Below, piece by piece: positions 9,966-19,536 of a DNA stretch of 64,000 nucleotides (position 1 is its first letter; the number at the start of each line of letters is the position of its first letter). Source of the stretch: an uncultured Pelagibacteraceae bacterium (GTDB taxonomy: Bacteria > Pseudomonadota > Alphaproteobacteria > Pelagibacterales > Pelagibacteraceae). The stretch is taken from positions 115,971-179,970 of the forward strand of contig CACFVO010000001.1 of NCBI GenBank assembly GCA_902569785.1, in the 5' to 3' direction. The notes beneath the pieces were generated by a model that made no database searches, was not told the DNA's origin, and saw only the letters and a program-made list of their open reading frames with translations. A program made the position numbers and the translations under genes.

Positions 9966-10967
9966 ATGTCAGAAAAATTTAAAGCTGTCGTAATTGATAA
10001 TCAAAATGAAAAATTTTCTAGAGAGATAAAAGAAATAAATAAAACTGATTTAAAAGATGGAAATGTCTTAGTAAAGATAGACTATTCAAGTCTAAACTAT
10101 AAAGACGCTCTTATTTTAAATAACGGAGGAAAAATAGTAAGAAAATTTCCATTTGTGCCAGGAATTGATTTTTCTGGAAAAGTTATAGAAAGTGAAGATA
10201 GCAAATTTAAAAAAGACGATAATGTTATCCTAACAGGTTTTAGAGTAGGCGAAGCTTATTTCGGAGGCTTTTCTCAATACGCAAAAGTTGACTCAAATTT
10301 TTTAATTAAAACTCCAAATGATTTGGATAATCATAAAGCTATGATGTTAGGTACAGCAGGTTTTACTTCCTTGCTTTGTGCATTTGCTGTTAAAGCTAAA
10401 GAAGAATTATTAATGGGAGAAAAGGTAAAAGATGTACTTGTTACTGGAGCCACGGGTGGAGTAGGAAGTATAGCAGTCATGGTTCTATCAAAGATGGGTT
10501 ACGATGTTCATGCAGTAACAGGGAAGAAAGATAAAAGTGATTATCTTAAAGATCTCGGTGCAAAAAATATTATTGAAAGAAAAGAATTTGAAGGTGAGAG
10601 CAAATTGTTAGAAAAAGGTATCTGGGATGGAGTGGTTGATACAGTAGGCGGTGCTGCTCTAACAAAAATTTTTGCTCAAACTAAACCAGGTGGAATTGTA
10701 GCTGCGTGTGGTAATGCCGGTGGAATCAAAATAAACACTACAGTAATGCCTTTTATAATTAGAGGAGTAAAACTTTGGGGAATCGACTCTTCAGGCTCTT
10801 CAATTAGAAGAAGAGAATTTATTTGGAATGAAGCTTCAAAACTGATTGATTTTAACAAACTCAAATCATTAACAAAAGAACTGTCATTTAATGATCTTTT
10901 AGATACTTATCCTAAATTATTGAAAGGGGAGTATTTTGGAAGAGCTATAGTAAATCCTAATAAATAA
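9966..10967 (+). CDS. acuI: Acryloyl-CoA reductase (YhdH/AcuI, MDR family)
   Basis: YSSLNYKD, PGIDFSG, GTAGFT, TGATGGVGS, PFIIRGV.L.GIDS. Confidence 0.88.
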   Translation: MSEKFKAVVIDNQNEKFSREIKEINKTDLKDGNVLVKIDYSSLNYKDALILNNGGKIVRKFPFVPGIDFSGKVIESEDSKFKKDDNVILTGFRVGEAYFGGFSQYAKVDSNFLIKTPNDLDNHKAMMLGTAGFTSLLCAFAVKAKEELLMGEKVKDVLVTGATGGVGSIAVMVLSKMGYDVHAVTGKKDKSDYLKDLGAKNIIERKEFEGESKLLEKGIWDGVVDTVGGAALTKIFAQTKPGGIVAACGNAGGIKINTTVMPFIIRGVKLWGIDSSGSSIRRREFIWNEASKLIDFNKLKSLTKELSFNDLLDTYPKLLKGEYFGRAIVNPNK

Positions 10968-10985
10968 TCTATAATTTAACTTCCT

Positions 10986-11876
10986 ATGGACTGGGATAAA
11001 TTAAAAATTTTTCATACTGTTGCTGAAGCATCAAGTTTTACAAAAGCATCAACAATATTAAATTTAAGTCAATCAGCTATTAGCAGGCAAATTCAATCAT
11101 TAGAGAGTGATTTGAAAGTTCAACTTTTTGAACGCCATGCAAGAGGCTTAGTTCTCACAGAAAATGGTGAATATCTTTTTAGTTCTGCACACGAGGTCAT
11201 TTCTAAATTAAAAGATGTAGAATCCAACTTAATTGGTCATAAAGATAAATTAAGTGGAAAACTTACGGTAACTACTGTTGTAAGTTTTGGAACTACTTGG
11301 CTTACACCAAGAATAAAAGAATTTATGGACCTGCACCCAGGTATGGAGATAGAATTAATATTTGACGACAAAGAACTTGATTTAGCTACTCGTCAAGCTG
11401 ATGTTGCAATTAGAATGAGAAGACCTAAACAATTAAATTTAATTCAAAAAAAATTTGTTGATTTCAACTATCATATTTATGGGTCAAATGAATATTTAGA
11501 AAAAAACGGTTATCCAAAATCTTTAAAAGATTTAGATAAACACAAGTTTATTACTTACGGGAAAGGAGCTCCTTCGCCAGTTTATAATCCTGATTGGGTT
11601 TTAAGAATTGGATCGAAAGATGGAAAAAAAAGAAAATCTTTAATGAAAGTAAATAGCGTTTATGGTTTATTATTAGCTGTACAAAGTGGAGTAGGTCTAG
11701 CTGCTTTACCTGACTATATTGCACATAACAAAAGCGGTATTACAAAAGTTTTGCCAAATGAACCAGGTAAACCAACCGAGACACATTTTGTCTATCCTGC
11801 TTCTTTGAAAAATAATGCAAGATTAGTAGCTTTCAGAAATTTTTTATTTAGTAAGGTGAATGAATGGAAATTCTAA
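10986..11876 (+). CDS. LysR-family regulator, VtlR/LsrB-like
   Basis: MDWDKLKIFH.VAEA.SFT...L.LSQSAISRQ; LFERHARGL.LTE; resembles rhizobial LsrB/VtlR N-terminus. Confidence 0.85.
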   Translation: MDWDKLKIFHTVAEASSFTKASTILNLSQSAISRQIQSLESDLKVQLFERHARGLVLTENGEYLFSSAHEVISKLKDVESNLIGHKDKLSGKLTVTTVVSFGTTWLTPRIKEFMDLHPGMEIELIFDDKELDLATRQADVAIRMRRPKQLNLIQKKFVDFNYHIYGSNEYLEKNGYPKSLKDLDKHKFITYGKGAPSPVYNPDWVLRIGSKDGKKRKSLMKVNSVYGLLLAVQSGVGLAALPDYIAHNKSGITKVLPNEPGKPTETHFVYPASLKNNARLVAFRNFLFSKVNEWKF

Positions 11877-12979
11877 ATTTTATAATTCCCTTTATTATTT
11901 TATTAACGGTCGTTGTATTTATTCATGAATACGGACATTATTATTTTGCTAAACGATATGGCGTTGGGGTTACTGATTTTTCTATAGGTTTTGGAAAAGA
12001 AATTTTTGGTTTTAATGACAAATCAGGTACTAGATGGAAGTTTTGTTTAATTCCTTTAGGAGGTTACGTAAAGTTTTTTGGTGACAGGAATGTTTTTAGT
12101 CAGGCAGAACAAAAAGAATTATTAAAAAGATATAGTAAAGAGGATCAAAATAAACTTTTTGTTACAAAGCCTTTGTATCAAAGATCTTTAGTGGTTGCCG
12201 CAGGCCCTTTAGCTAATTTTGTTTTAGCTATCTTAATTTTTTCTTTTATTTATATGTTTGCGGGAAAAGATTTTACTCCAGCACAAATACAAGAAGTTCA
12301 AAAAGATAGCCCAGCTCATTCTTCAGGAATAAAGACAGGAGACGTAATTTTATCGATAAATAACAAGAAAGTTAACAGTATAACGGAAGTTTCAACTTAT
12401 ATTAATACTTCCTCAACTGAAAATATCGACATCAAAGTTTTAAGAAATAGTGATGAAATTATCTTAAAAGTTACACCTAAGGTTGTTAAAGGCGAAGACT
12501 CTCTTGGAAATAAAATAAATAAAAAAATAATAGGCATCAAAATATCCCCTCTTAATAACGAATTTAATAGAGAGAGACTGGGGCCAGCTACAGCTCTATT
12601 TTATGCAGTAAAAGAAACATGGTTTGTTACAATAGCTTCGCTTGAATTTATAGTTTCCATGCTCAAAGGAAAGGGAGACACTACTCAATTAGGTGGTCCA
12701 ATTAAAATTGCTAAAATCACAGGTCAAGTTGCCCAACACGGCTTTATAGCCTTTTTAAGTATCATGGCTTACATTTCAATCAGTCTTGGTTTTATCAATC
12801 TTTTTCCAATTCCAATGTTAGATGGAGGTCATTTAATGTTTTATGCTTTTGAAAAAATTTTAGGAAGACCTTTGACGCAAAGAACCCAAGAAGGATTTTT
12901 TCGAATCGGACTATTTTTACTCATTTTTCTAATGTTCTTTACAACATTTAACGATCTTAAAGATTTAGGGTTGTTTTAA
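11864..12979 (+). CDS. rseP: RIP metalloprotease RseP
   Basis: HEYGH, FSIGFG, PLGGYVK, PDZ domain, NLFPIPMLDGG. Confidence 0.95.
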   Translation: MEILNFIIPFIILLTVVVFIHEYGHYYFAKRYGVGVTDFSIGFGKEIFGFNDKSGTRWKFCLIPLGGYVKFFGDRNVFSQAEQKELLKRYSKEDQNKLFVTKPLYQRSLVVAAGPLANFVLAILIFSFIYMFAGKDFTPAQIQEVQKDSPAHSSGIKTGDVILSINNKKVNSITEVSTYINTSSTENIDIKVLRNSDEIILKVTPKVVKGEDSLGNKINKKIIGIKISPLNNEFNRERLGPATALFYAVKETWFVTIASLEFIVSMLKGKGDTTQLGGPIKIAKITGQVAQHGFIAFLSIMAYISISLGFINLFPIPMLDGGHLMFYAFEKILGRPLTQRTQEGFFRIGLFLLIFLMFFTTFNDLKDLGLF

Positions 12980-13123
12980 GCCATTTTTTAACTTCAAAAA
13001 CATCAATAAAATCAACATTTTATAACATACAATATATAGTGTTAATATTTATTTGAAACACTAAAAAAGTGTTGATTTTATTAGGAAATTGTAGAAATTC
13101 AATATTAACAATAAGGGGCAAAA

Positions 13124-13399
13124 ATGAACAAAAAACAACTAGTAGCAAAGATATCGTCCACATTGGGGCAGAGTAAAGCAGATGCTGAAAGAACTTTTGA
13201 CTCAATAACGACTATTATTTTAGATGCGCTGAAAAATGACGATACTGTTAAAATAGCAGGTTTTGGTACTTATAAAGTAGCAAAAAGAAAAGCTAGAGTA
13301 GGGAGAAATCCTAGAACAGGCGAGTCTATTCAAATTGCTGCGTCTCAAAAAGTTAAGTTTTTACCCGCTAAAAGCTTAAAAGAAATGTTTAATAGATAA
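13124..13399 (+). CDS. hup: DNA-binding protein HU
   Basis: MNK..L, GFGT, RKARVGRNPRTGE. Confidence 0.95.
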   Translation: MNKKQLVAKISSTLGQSKADAERTFDSITTIILDALKNDDTVKIAGFGTYKVAKRKARVGRNPRTGESIQIAASQKVKFLPAKSLKEMFNR

Positions 13400-13407
13400 A
13401 CGTATTA

Positions 13408-13444
13408 TTTAGCCCTTATTTGAAAAATTCAAATAAGGGCTAAA
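13408..13444. terminator. Intrinsic terminator-like hairpin after HU
   Basis: Perfect inverted repeat TTTAGCCCTTATTTGAA-aaa-TTCAAATAAGGGCTAAA. Confidence 0.75.
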
Positions 13445-13542
13445 CTACTTGCAAAAACTGCATAGCTAAATTTAGTAGATATCAATTCCTAAATACCTCC
13501 AAGGCTCTATAAGGAAATCTAAAATTAACAAAGGAGTTTTTT

Positions 13543-14850
13543 ATGAAAAAATATTTAGGATACTTTTTTGCTGGAACAGCTATTTATTTTGGCTTTGCTG
13601 GTTTAGGTTATGCCGAGACCACAGTGTCAGCAGAAGTACAATATATATTTAATACCCTATTATTTTTAATGTCAGGTTTCTTAGTCATGTGGATGGCTGC
13701 AGGTTTTGCAATGTTAGAGTCTGGTTTGGTAACATCAAAAAGTGTATCTGCAATCTGTGCAAAAAATATAGGTTTATACTCAATAGCTGGAGTAATGTTT
13801 TGGTTAGTGGGTTACAATTTAGCTTACGGGGTAGCAGGTCCCGATGCATTAATCACTGGTTATATGGGCTCACTCACTCCATGGAGCGATGCATCATCTG
13901 TGGAAACTGGTTACTCAGATGGATCAGATTGGTTTTTCCAAATGGTGTTCTGTGCAACAACAATGTCAATTGTATCTGGAACATTAGCTGAAAGAATTAA
14001 GATCTGGCCATTTTTCTTATTTGCCGCAATTTTAACTGGAATTATATATCCAATTTCAATGGGTTGGCAGTGGGGTGGTGGCTGGTTAAGCGAAGCTGGA
14101 TTTTCTGACTTTGCTGGTTCAACTTTAGTACATGCTGCTGGTGGTGCTGCCGCTTTAGCAGGCGCAATTGTGCTTGGAGCAAGATCTGGAAGATTTACTT
14201 CTGGTGGTGGAGTAAAAGCCATGACACCTTTTGCGGCTTCATCAATTCCTTTAGCAACTCTTGGGGTGTTTATACTTTGGATGGGTTGGTTTGGATTTAA
14301 TGGTGGTTCACAGCTTGCAGCAGGAACATTAGAAGATGTTTCATCTGTAGCTACGATTTACATTAATACAAACTTAGCTGCTGGTGGCGGGGTTATAACT
14401 GCTGCACTAATATCAAGATTGATTGGTGGCAAAACTGATGTAATTATGATGCTTAACGGAGCAATTGCTGGTTTAGTTGCAATAACAGCTGAGCCGTTAA
14501 CTCCTAGCCCTTTAGCTGCAATATTTATTGGAGCAATAGGTGGATTAGTAATGTACTTCTCTACAAAATTTCTATTTAAAATGAAAATAGACGATGTAGT
14601 AGGTGCCATCCCAGCTCACTTGGTAGCTGGAGTATGGGGTACATTAGCAGTGCCATTAACAAATGGAGATGTTTCTTTCGGAGCTCAATTCTTAGGAACT
14701 ATTTCAGTAGTGGTATTTGTATTCGTAGTCTCGTTTATTGTTTTTCAAATTATAAAAAATACAGTTGGATTAAGAATAAGCAAAGAGGCTGAAAGACTAG
14801 GAACCGACAAAGCAGAGGTTGGTGTAATAGCTTACGGTATAAGAGACTAA
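13543..14850 (+). CDS. amtB: Ammonium transporter (paralogue 1)
   Basis: FFQMVF, SGTLAER, DFAGSTLVH, WMGWFGFNGGS, IDDVVGAIPAH. Confidence 0.95.
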   Translation: MKKYLGYFFAGTAIYFGFAGLGYAETTVSAEVQYIFNTLLFLMSGFLVMWMAAGFAMLESGLVTSKSVSAICAKNIGLYSIAGVMFWLVGYNLAYGVAGPDALITGYMGSLTPWSDASSVETGYSDGSDWFFQMVFCATTMSIVSGTLAERIKIWPFFLFAAILTGIIYPISMGWQWGGGWLSEAGFSDFAGSTLVHAAGGAAALAGAIVLGARSGRFTSGGGVKAMTPFAASSIPLATLGVFILWMGWFGFNGGSQLAAGTLEDVSSVATIYINTNLAAGGGVITAALISRLIGGKTDVIMMLNGAIAGLVAITAEPLTPSPLAAIFIGAIGGLVMYFSTKFLFKMKIDDVVGAIPAHLVAGVWGTLAVPLTNGDVSFGAQFLGTISVVVFVFVVSFIVFQIIKNTVGLRISKEAERLGTDKAEVGVIAYGIRD

Positions 14851-14925
14851 AATCTTCTATTATCTTTTCCCTCGTTATTAGGAGAAGATTAAGGCCTGGG
14901 ACCCTCCATGGTACCCGGGCCTTAA
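14851..14925 (+). ncRNA. Two-hairpin 3'UTR element with anti-SD loops (candidate regulatory RNA)
   Basis: Stem AATCTTCT/AGAAGATT enclosing TTTTCCCTC; stem TTAAGGCCTGGG/CCCGGGCCTTAA enclosing CCCTCCATG. Confidence 0.5.
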
Positions 14926-15004
14926 TTATTTCAAGTCTATTATGCATTTAAAACATAATTAGAGTTTAATAAAACTGATAAATTTCTCTCAACATGGAGG
15001 GAAA

Positions 15005-16294
15005 ATGAAAAATAATTTAGTAATTTTATTAAGTGTTGTTTTCACTTTAGTTTTTACTGGAACTAGCAGTGCTGAAACAACTATGTCTCAAGAGGGACAA
15101 TATATATTTAATTCACTTGGATTTTATCTTGGCGGAGTATTAGTTGCTTTTATGGCTGCTGGATTTTGTATGTTAGAAAGTGGATTAGTTACAACAAAAA
15201 GCGTATCTACTATTGCCGCTAAAAATATAGGGAAATTTGCAATATGTTCATTAATTTTTTTCTTGGTAGGTTATAATCTAGCTTACGGAGTTCCAAAAGG
15301 TGGATACTTCGGATCGTTTACCATTTGGACTGACTCTTCTAACGCTGAAACTGGATACTCAGGATATTCAGACTGGTTTTTTCAAACAATGTTTGTTTGT
15401 GCAACAGCTTCAATAGTTTCTGGAGCAGTAGCAGAGAGAATTAAAATTTGGCCATTCTTCTTATTTGCTACAGTAATGGCAGGAGTAATTTATCCAATAT
15501 CAATGGGATGGCAGTGGGGTGGAGGATGGTTGTCCACTGCGGGTTTTTCAGATTTTGCTGGGTCAACTTTAGTACACGCATGTGGAGGAGCTGCTGCATT
15601 AGCAGGAGTGATTGTATTGGGAGCTAGAAGTGGAAGATTTACTTCTCAAGGTGGAAAAAGAGTAATGGTTCCATTCGCAGCCTCAAGTATTCCACTTGTT
15701 ACGCTTGGCACGTTTCTACTTTGGTTTGGATGGTTTGGATTTAATGGTTTTAGTCAATTAGCAATGGGAACATTTGATGATGTAAACGCAATTTCAAAAA
15801 TTGCTGTTAATACTCATTTAGCAGGAGCTGCAGGAACTGTAACAGGAGCTGCAATTACACGATTACTTGGTGGAAAAACAGATATAGTTATGATGCTAAA
15901 CGGTGCTTTAGCAGGATTGGTTGCAATTACTGCTGAACCGTTAACACCTGGGCCTATCACGGCTATGGTAATTGGATCTATAGGAGCCGTTATAATGTAT
16001 TACGGAACTAAAATGCTTGAAAATTTTGGTCTCGATGATGTGGTTGGAGCTATTCCGGTCCACATGTTTGCTGGAATATTTGGAACTTTAGTCGTTCCAC
16101 TCACTAATAGCGAAACCAATTTCGGAACTCAATTTGTTGGAATGTTTTCCGTTGTAGCATTTAGTTTTGTACTCTCTTATTTGGTTTTTATTGCTATGAA
16201 ATTAACAATTGGCTTAAGAATAAGTAAAGAAGCAGAAAAACTTGGCACCGATAAAGCAGAAGTCGGAGTGACAGCTTACTCAATTAGAGATTAA
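15005..16294 (+). CDS. amtB: Ammonium transporter (paralogue 2)
   Basis: Same Amt motifs (SGAVAER, DFAGSTLVH, WFGFNG, DDVVGAIPVH); clear paralogue of 13543..14850. Confidence 0.95.
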   Translation: MKNNLVILLSVVFTLVFTGTSSAETTMSQEGQYIFNSLGFYLGGVLVAFMAAGFCMLESGLVTTKSVSTIAAKNIGKFAICSLIFFLVGYNLAYGVPKGGYFGSFTIWTDSSNAETGYSGYSDWFFQTMFVCATASIVSGAVAERIKIWPFFLFATVMAGVIYPISMGWQWGGGWLSTAGFSDFAGSTLVHACGGAAALAGVIVLGARSGRFTSQGGKRVMVPFAASSIPLVTLGTFLLWFGWFGFNGFSQLAMGTFDDVNAISKIAVNTHLAGAAGTVTGAAITRLLGGKTDIVMMLNGALAGLVAITAEPLTPGPITAMVIGSIGAVIMYYGTKMLENFGLDDVVGAIPVHMFAGIFGTLVVPLTNSETNFGTQFVGMFSVVAFSFVLSYLVFIAMKLTIGLRISKEAEKLGTDKAEVGVTAYSIRD

Positions 16295-16297
16295 AAG

Positions 16298-16357
16298 ATT
16301 TCCTTTCCCTCATTCGGTTGGAAATAAATTAAGGCCTGGTTTTCCGGGCCTTTTTTT
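16298..16357 (+). terminator. Anti-SD hairpin plus intrinsic terminator after amt2
   Basis: ATTTCC/GGAAAT stem with TTTCCCTC loop, then AAGGCCTGG-tttt-CCGGGCC-TTTTTTT. Confidence 0.75.
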
Positions 16358-16363
16358 ATATCA

Positions 16364-17353
16364 TTAACTTTTATTATCATTCCACAATTTTTTTAAATCT
16401 ATATTAGGTGATAACCCAAACACAGAATTGATATTCGTGCAATGAATACTAAGGGAAGGGATAGGAGAAAAGCATCTTTCCTCTTCATAAATTTTGTGTA
16501 AATTTTTTTCAAAAGGATCGCTTTCCTTTGTTGCCATATCAATTAATTTTTCAAAATGTTTTTCAATCATTTTTTTGCTAGTCATAAAAGTAAGAAGAGA
16601 TTCTTTTACAGATCTCCAATGAGTATTTTCACCTATTAAAATGTTTGAATTGTTCAATCTTTTATAAAGATAAGGATAATCAGCAGATAATATAAATATT
16701 TCTTTTTCAAAAATAGAAGAAAACTTTTCATAAGCAAAAAGCATTTCAGCTAATGCCTCTTTTTTATGAATATAATCATCTTCTACGAAGTAAATTAAAT
16801 CAGTGCAGTTTTTTCCATGATAAAACGACTGTCGAATTGATGCCATGGTAGTAGACATATTGTTCTCAGGTTTCTTTTCAATTTTTACGGGTATATGTTG
16901 AACTTCAAAACCTTCATCAGAAATTTTAGATAAAATTTTCTTTATATCCGAACTTATGGAATTAACGTCTATGATAGTAAACTTAACTTTAATTTCCTCA
17001 AACTTCTTCTTTAAATCTTTTGCAGACTTTACTAAAGAATTGACTGTTCTGAATGTATATTCTGATTTTTCTTCTTCAAAAATTCTTTTTTTATTTTGAG
17101 AAACCAATTGAATGCCAGTGCAAGTTTTGATTATTATATCTAAAGCTTTTACTTTTCGGGTAATGGATGTTTCTCCAAGTCCTAAAGAAATAGATTTTTT
17201 TCCAGGTTCGCTAATAAAGTTTTGAAAATCTTTGTTAGAAACTGGAAATTCAAGAGTGCTTTGATCTATCAACTCGTATCCAAGTATACGACAAATTTTA
17301 ATAAAAAATTTCTTAATAAAATGACTTTGTTTTTTGCTTTTAATTTCTTTCAT
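16364..17353 (-). CDS. Hypothetical protein, GT-A glycosyltransferase-like
   Basis: IYFVEDDYIH DxD-like motif and FSPIPSLSIH C-terminal pattern. Confidence 0.55.
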   Translation of the reverse strand: MKEIKSKKQSHFIKKFFIKICRILGYELIDQSTLEFPVSNKDFQNFISEPGKKSISLGLGETSITRKVKALDIIIKTCTGIQLVSQNKKRIFEEEKSEYTFRTVNSLVKSAKDLKKKFEEIKVKFTIIDVNSISSDIKKILSKISDEGFEVQHIPVKIEKKPENNMSTTMASIRQSFYHGKNCTDLIYFVEDDYIHKKEALAEMLFAYEKFSSIFEKEIFILSADYPYLYKRLNNSNILIGENTHWRSVKESLLTFMTSKKMIEKHFEKLIDMATKESDPFEKNLHKIYEEERCFSPIPSLSIHCTNINSVFGLSPNIDLKKLWNDNKS

Positions 17354-17372
17354 TGGTATACTTGTAAATACC

Positions 17373-17771
17373 ATGAATATTAAATCTTCTAAAGAACTTG
17401 TTGATAAAGCAAATGAGTCTATAAAAGTTATGTCACCTGAACAGGTAAAAATGGCTTATGATAAAGGTGATGTAACGTTGATAGATGTAAGAGATATTAG
17501 AGAACTATGGAAAGAAGGAACTATTAAAGGCGCAATTCATATACCTAGAGGAATGCTAGAATTTTGGATGGACCCTCAAAGCCCATATTATCAAGAAAAA
17601 AAAATAGGTGATGTAAAAAGTATAGTTTTATTTTGTGCTTTAGGATTTAGATCAGCGCTAGCAACCAAATCATTAAAAGAAATGGGATTTGAAAATGTAG
17701 CAAATGCTAATGGAGGTTTTGACTCACTTAAAAAAATAGGTCTACCAGTTATTGCAAAAGAGAAGAAATAA
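17373..17771 (+). CDS. Rhodanese-like sulfurtransferase
   Basis: IDVRD..E, G.I.GA.HIPRGMLEFW, FCALGFRS. Confidence 0.9.
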   Translation: MNIKSSKELVDKANESIKVMSPEQVKMAYDKGDVTLIDVRDIRELWKEGTIKGAIHIPRGMLEFWMDPQSPYYQEKKIGDVKSIVLFCALGFRSALATKSLKEMGFENVANANGGFDSLKKIGLPVIAKEKK

Positions 17772-17772
17772 A

Positions 17773-18360
17773 TTATTTCTTAGACTCATTTAAAACAAAT
17801 TCTATTCGGTCCTGTCCCCAAAAAATCTTGTTATTTGAAACAAAACTTGGTGCTCCAAAAATTCCTTTTTCATAAGCTTCATTAGTTTTTATTTTTAAGG
17901 AATCTTTTATAGAGGAAGAAGCACATCTTAGTAAAAAGGTTTTAGGATTAATATTTAAATTTTTGAGAATTTTTTGAATAATATTTTCATCATTCATATT
18001 TAACCCATCTTCCCAAATTGCATTAAATATACTATCAACATAATAGCTTTTATAATTATCTTCTTCTGCAACTAAAACACCTCTCATTAAATTTAAACTT
18101 CTTATGGGGAAATAGGAATTAAATTTAAATTTTGTTTTATTTTTTTCAGCAATTAATTTGCAGTCACGGATCATGTGTTTTGCTTTGGCAGGAATAAATG
18201 CTGGAGCTTTAATACCGTGTAAGTTATGTAGGCCACCTAATAAGATAGGCTTATATTTTATTTTAATGGAATTTTTCTTTTCTATTTTTCTTATTTCTTT
18301 ATGAGCCAAAAAAGAATATGGACTTATAAAATCGAAATAAAAATCAAAAGACTTAATCAT
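17773..18360 (-). CDS. 2-hydroxychromene-2-carboxylate isomerase / GST-kappa (DsbA family)
   Basis: FYFDFISPYS, PILLGG, GIFGAPSF, FWGQDR. Confidence 0.9.
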   Translation of the reverse strand: MIKSFDFYFDFISPYSFLAHKEIRKIEKKNSIKIKYKPILLGGLHNLHGIKAPAFIPAKAKHMIRDCKLIAEKNKTKFKFNSYFPIRSLNLMRGVLVAEEDNYKSYYVDSIFNAIWEDGLNMNDENIIQKILKNLNINPKTFLLRCASSSIKDSLKIKTNEAYEKGIFGAPSFVSNNKIFWGQDRIEFVLNESKK

Positions 18361-18823
18361 TGAAATTAATTTTTTTTGCGAAAAAAATTCTAATAAACCA
18401 ATAAATTAATAAACCAACTGGACCTGTAAAATAAGTTAGGATTAGTGAAATTATAACAAAAAATCTTGGTATCATGTATTTGTATGAGTCTCTTGATATC
18501 CAAGCACCTAAAAATAAACTTAAACTTAAAAAATGAATCCAGAATACTAGAAGAAAAGCTTCGTTAGAAAACATTGAGTAGAGACCGTCTAATCCACTAT
18601 ATAATTCAAAACTACTTAAAATATTTTCATCTAAAAAAATATTGTATGCAACAAAGCCATAGGCCCCTGCTAAAAGCAAAGGGGCAATAATAGATTGTAC
18701 AAAAAAATTGGTTAAGCCATGATTTGGCAAAATTATTAACAGTAACCAAAATGGCATAACTCCATAATTAGCTATTAAATAAATGTTATCGTAATTTAAT
18801 AAATCTAGAAGATCATTTATCAT
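18353..18823 (-). CDS. ABA4-like (DUF4281) membrane protein
   Basis: PFWLL.I.LP, WIHFL...LF.G.WI.RD, GPVGLL. Confidence 0.85.
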   Translation of the reverse strand: MINDLLDLLNYDNIYLIANYGVMPFWLLLIILPNHGLTNFFVQSIIAPLLLAGAYGFVAYNIFLDENILSSFELYSGLDGLYSMFSNEAFLLVFWIHFLSLSLFLGAWISRDSYKYMIPRFFVIISLILTYFTGPVGLLIYWFIRIFFAKKINFND

Positions 18824-18849
18824 GAAAAATAATATAGTATATTAAGTTA

Positions 18850-19410
18850 ATGAATCCCACATCAAATAAAAGTGATTTTGAAGACCTTACTACAAGCTTA
18901 AAAGATTTAGCTTATTCTTATTTGGAAAAATATAGTCCTTCTAAACAACAGCTAAAAGTTTATTTATTGAAAAAATATTTAACTAAAATCAAAGGCACTA
19001 TGTCGAAAAAAGAAGTTTCAGCTATTATAGATGAAGTAATTAAAAATCTTGAAAAAAATAGAATTATAAATGATGAACTTTATTCAGACTCTAAAGCTCG
19101 AATGTATTTAAGAAGAGGTTATTCTTTAAATAAAATAAATCAATCTTTAAGACACAAAGGGATAGACAGTAAATATATTAAACAGAGTATTGATAAAATT
19201 AAAGAAAATGAAATAGAACCTGATTTTGTTTCTGCATTAAAATTATGTAAAAGAAGAAGAATTGGGCCATTGAGACCACAAGCTAATAGAGAATTATTTT
19301 ACAAAAAAGATATGGGCATACTTGCAAGAGGCGGTTTTCATTTTGACTTGTCTAAAAGAATTTTAAATCTTGACATTAATGAGTTTAAGAAATTACTCAA
19401 GATTATTTAA
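18850..19410 (+). CDS. recX: RecX family regulator
   Basis: A..YL..Y.PS...L, IND..Y, RRGYS...I...L..KG, RRRIGP, LARGGF. Confidence 0.8.
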   Translation: MNPTSNKSDFEDLTTSLKDLAYSYLEKYSPSKQQLKVYLLKKYLTKIKGTMSKKEVSAIIDEVIKNLEKNRIINDELYSDSKARMYLRRGYSLNKINQSLRHKGIDSKYIKQSIDKIKENEIEPDFVSALKLCKRRRIGPLRPQANRELFYKKDMGILARGGFHFDLSKRILNLDINEFKKLLKII

Positions 19411-19536
19411 TTTTTTTTCTTTTTCTTCTTCAACTAGTTGATCTAATTTTCTTTTTAGTAGATTTCTTACAATGATAAAAAAAAGAATACCAAAAAAAGT
19501 AACTGATATAATTATAGCTAATATAGTTTTAAACAT
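19393..19536 (-). CDS. Putative 47-aa single-TM microprotein
   Basis: MFKTILAIIISVTFFGILFFIIVRNLLKRKLDQLVEEEKEKKLNNLE; start overlaps cysQ stop region. Confidence 0.5.
   Translation of the reverse strand: MFKTILAIIISVTFFGILFFIIVRNLLKRKLDQLVEEEKEKKLNNLE

Noticed and set aside
13449-13463. NtrC box upstream of amt1 (TGCA-N5-TGCA)
   Set aside because: Spacing does not fit TGCAC-N7-GTGCA and no sigma54 -24/-12 motif is evident.
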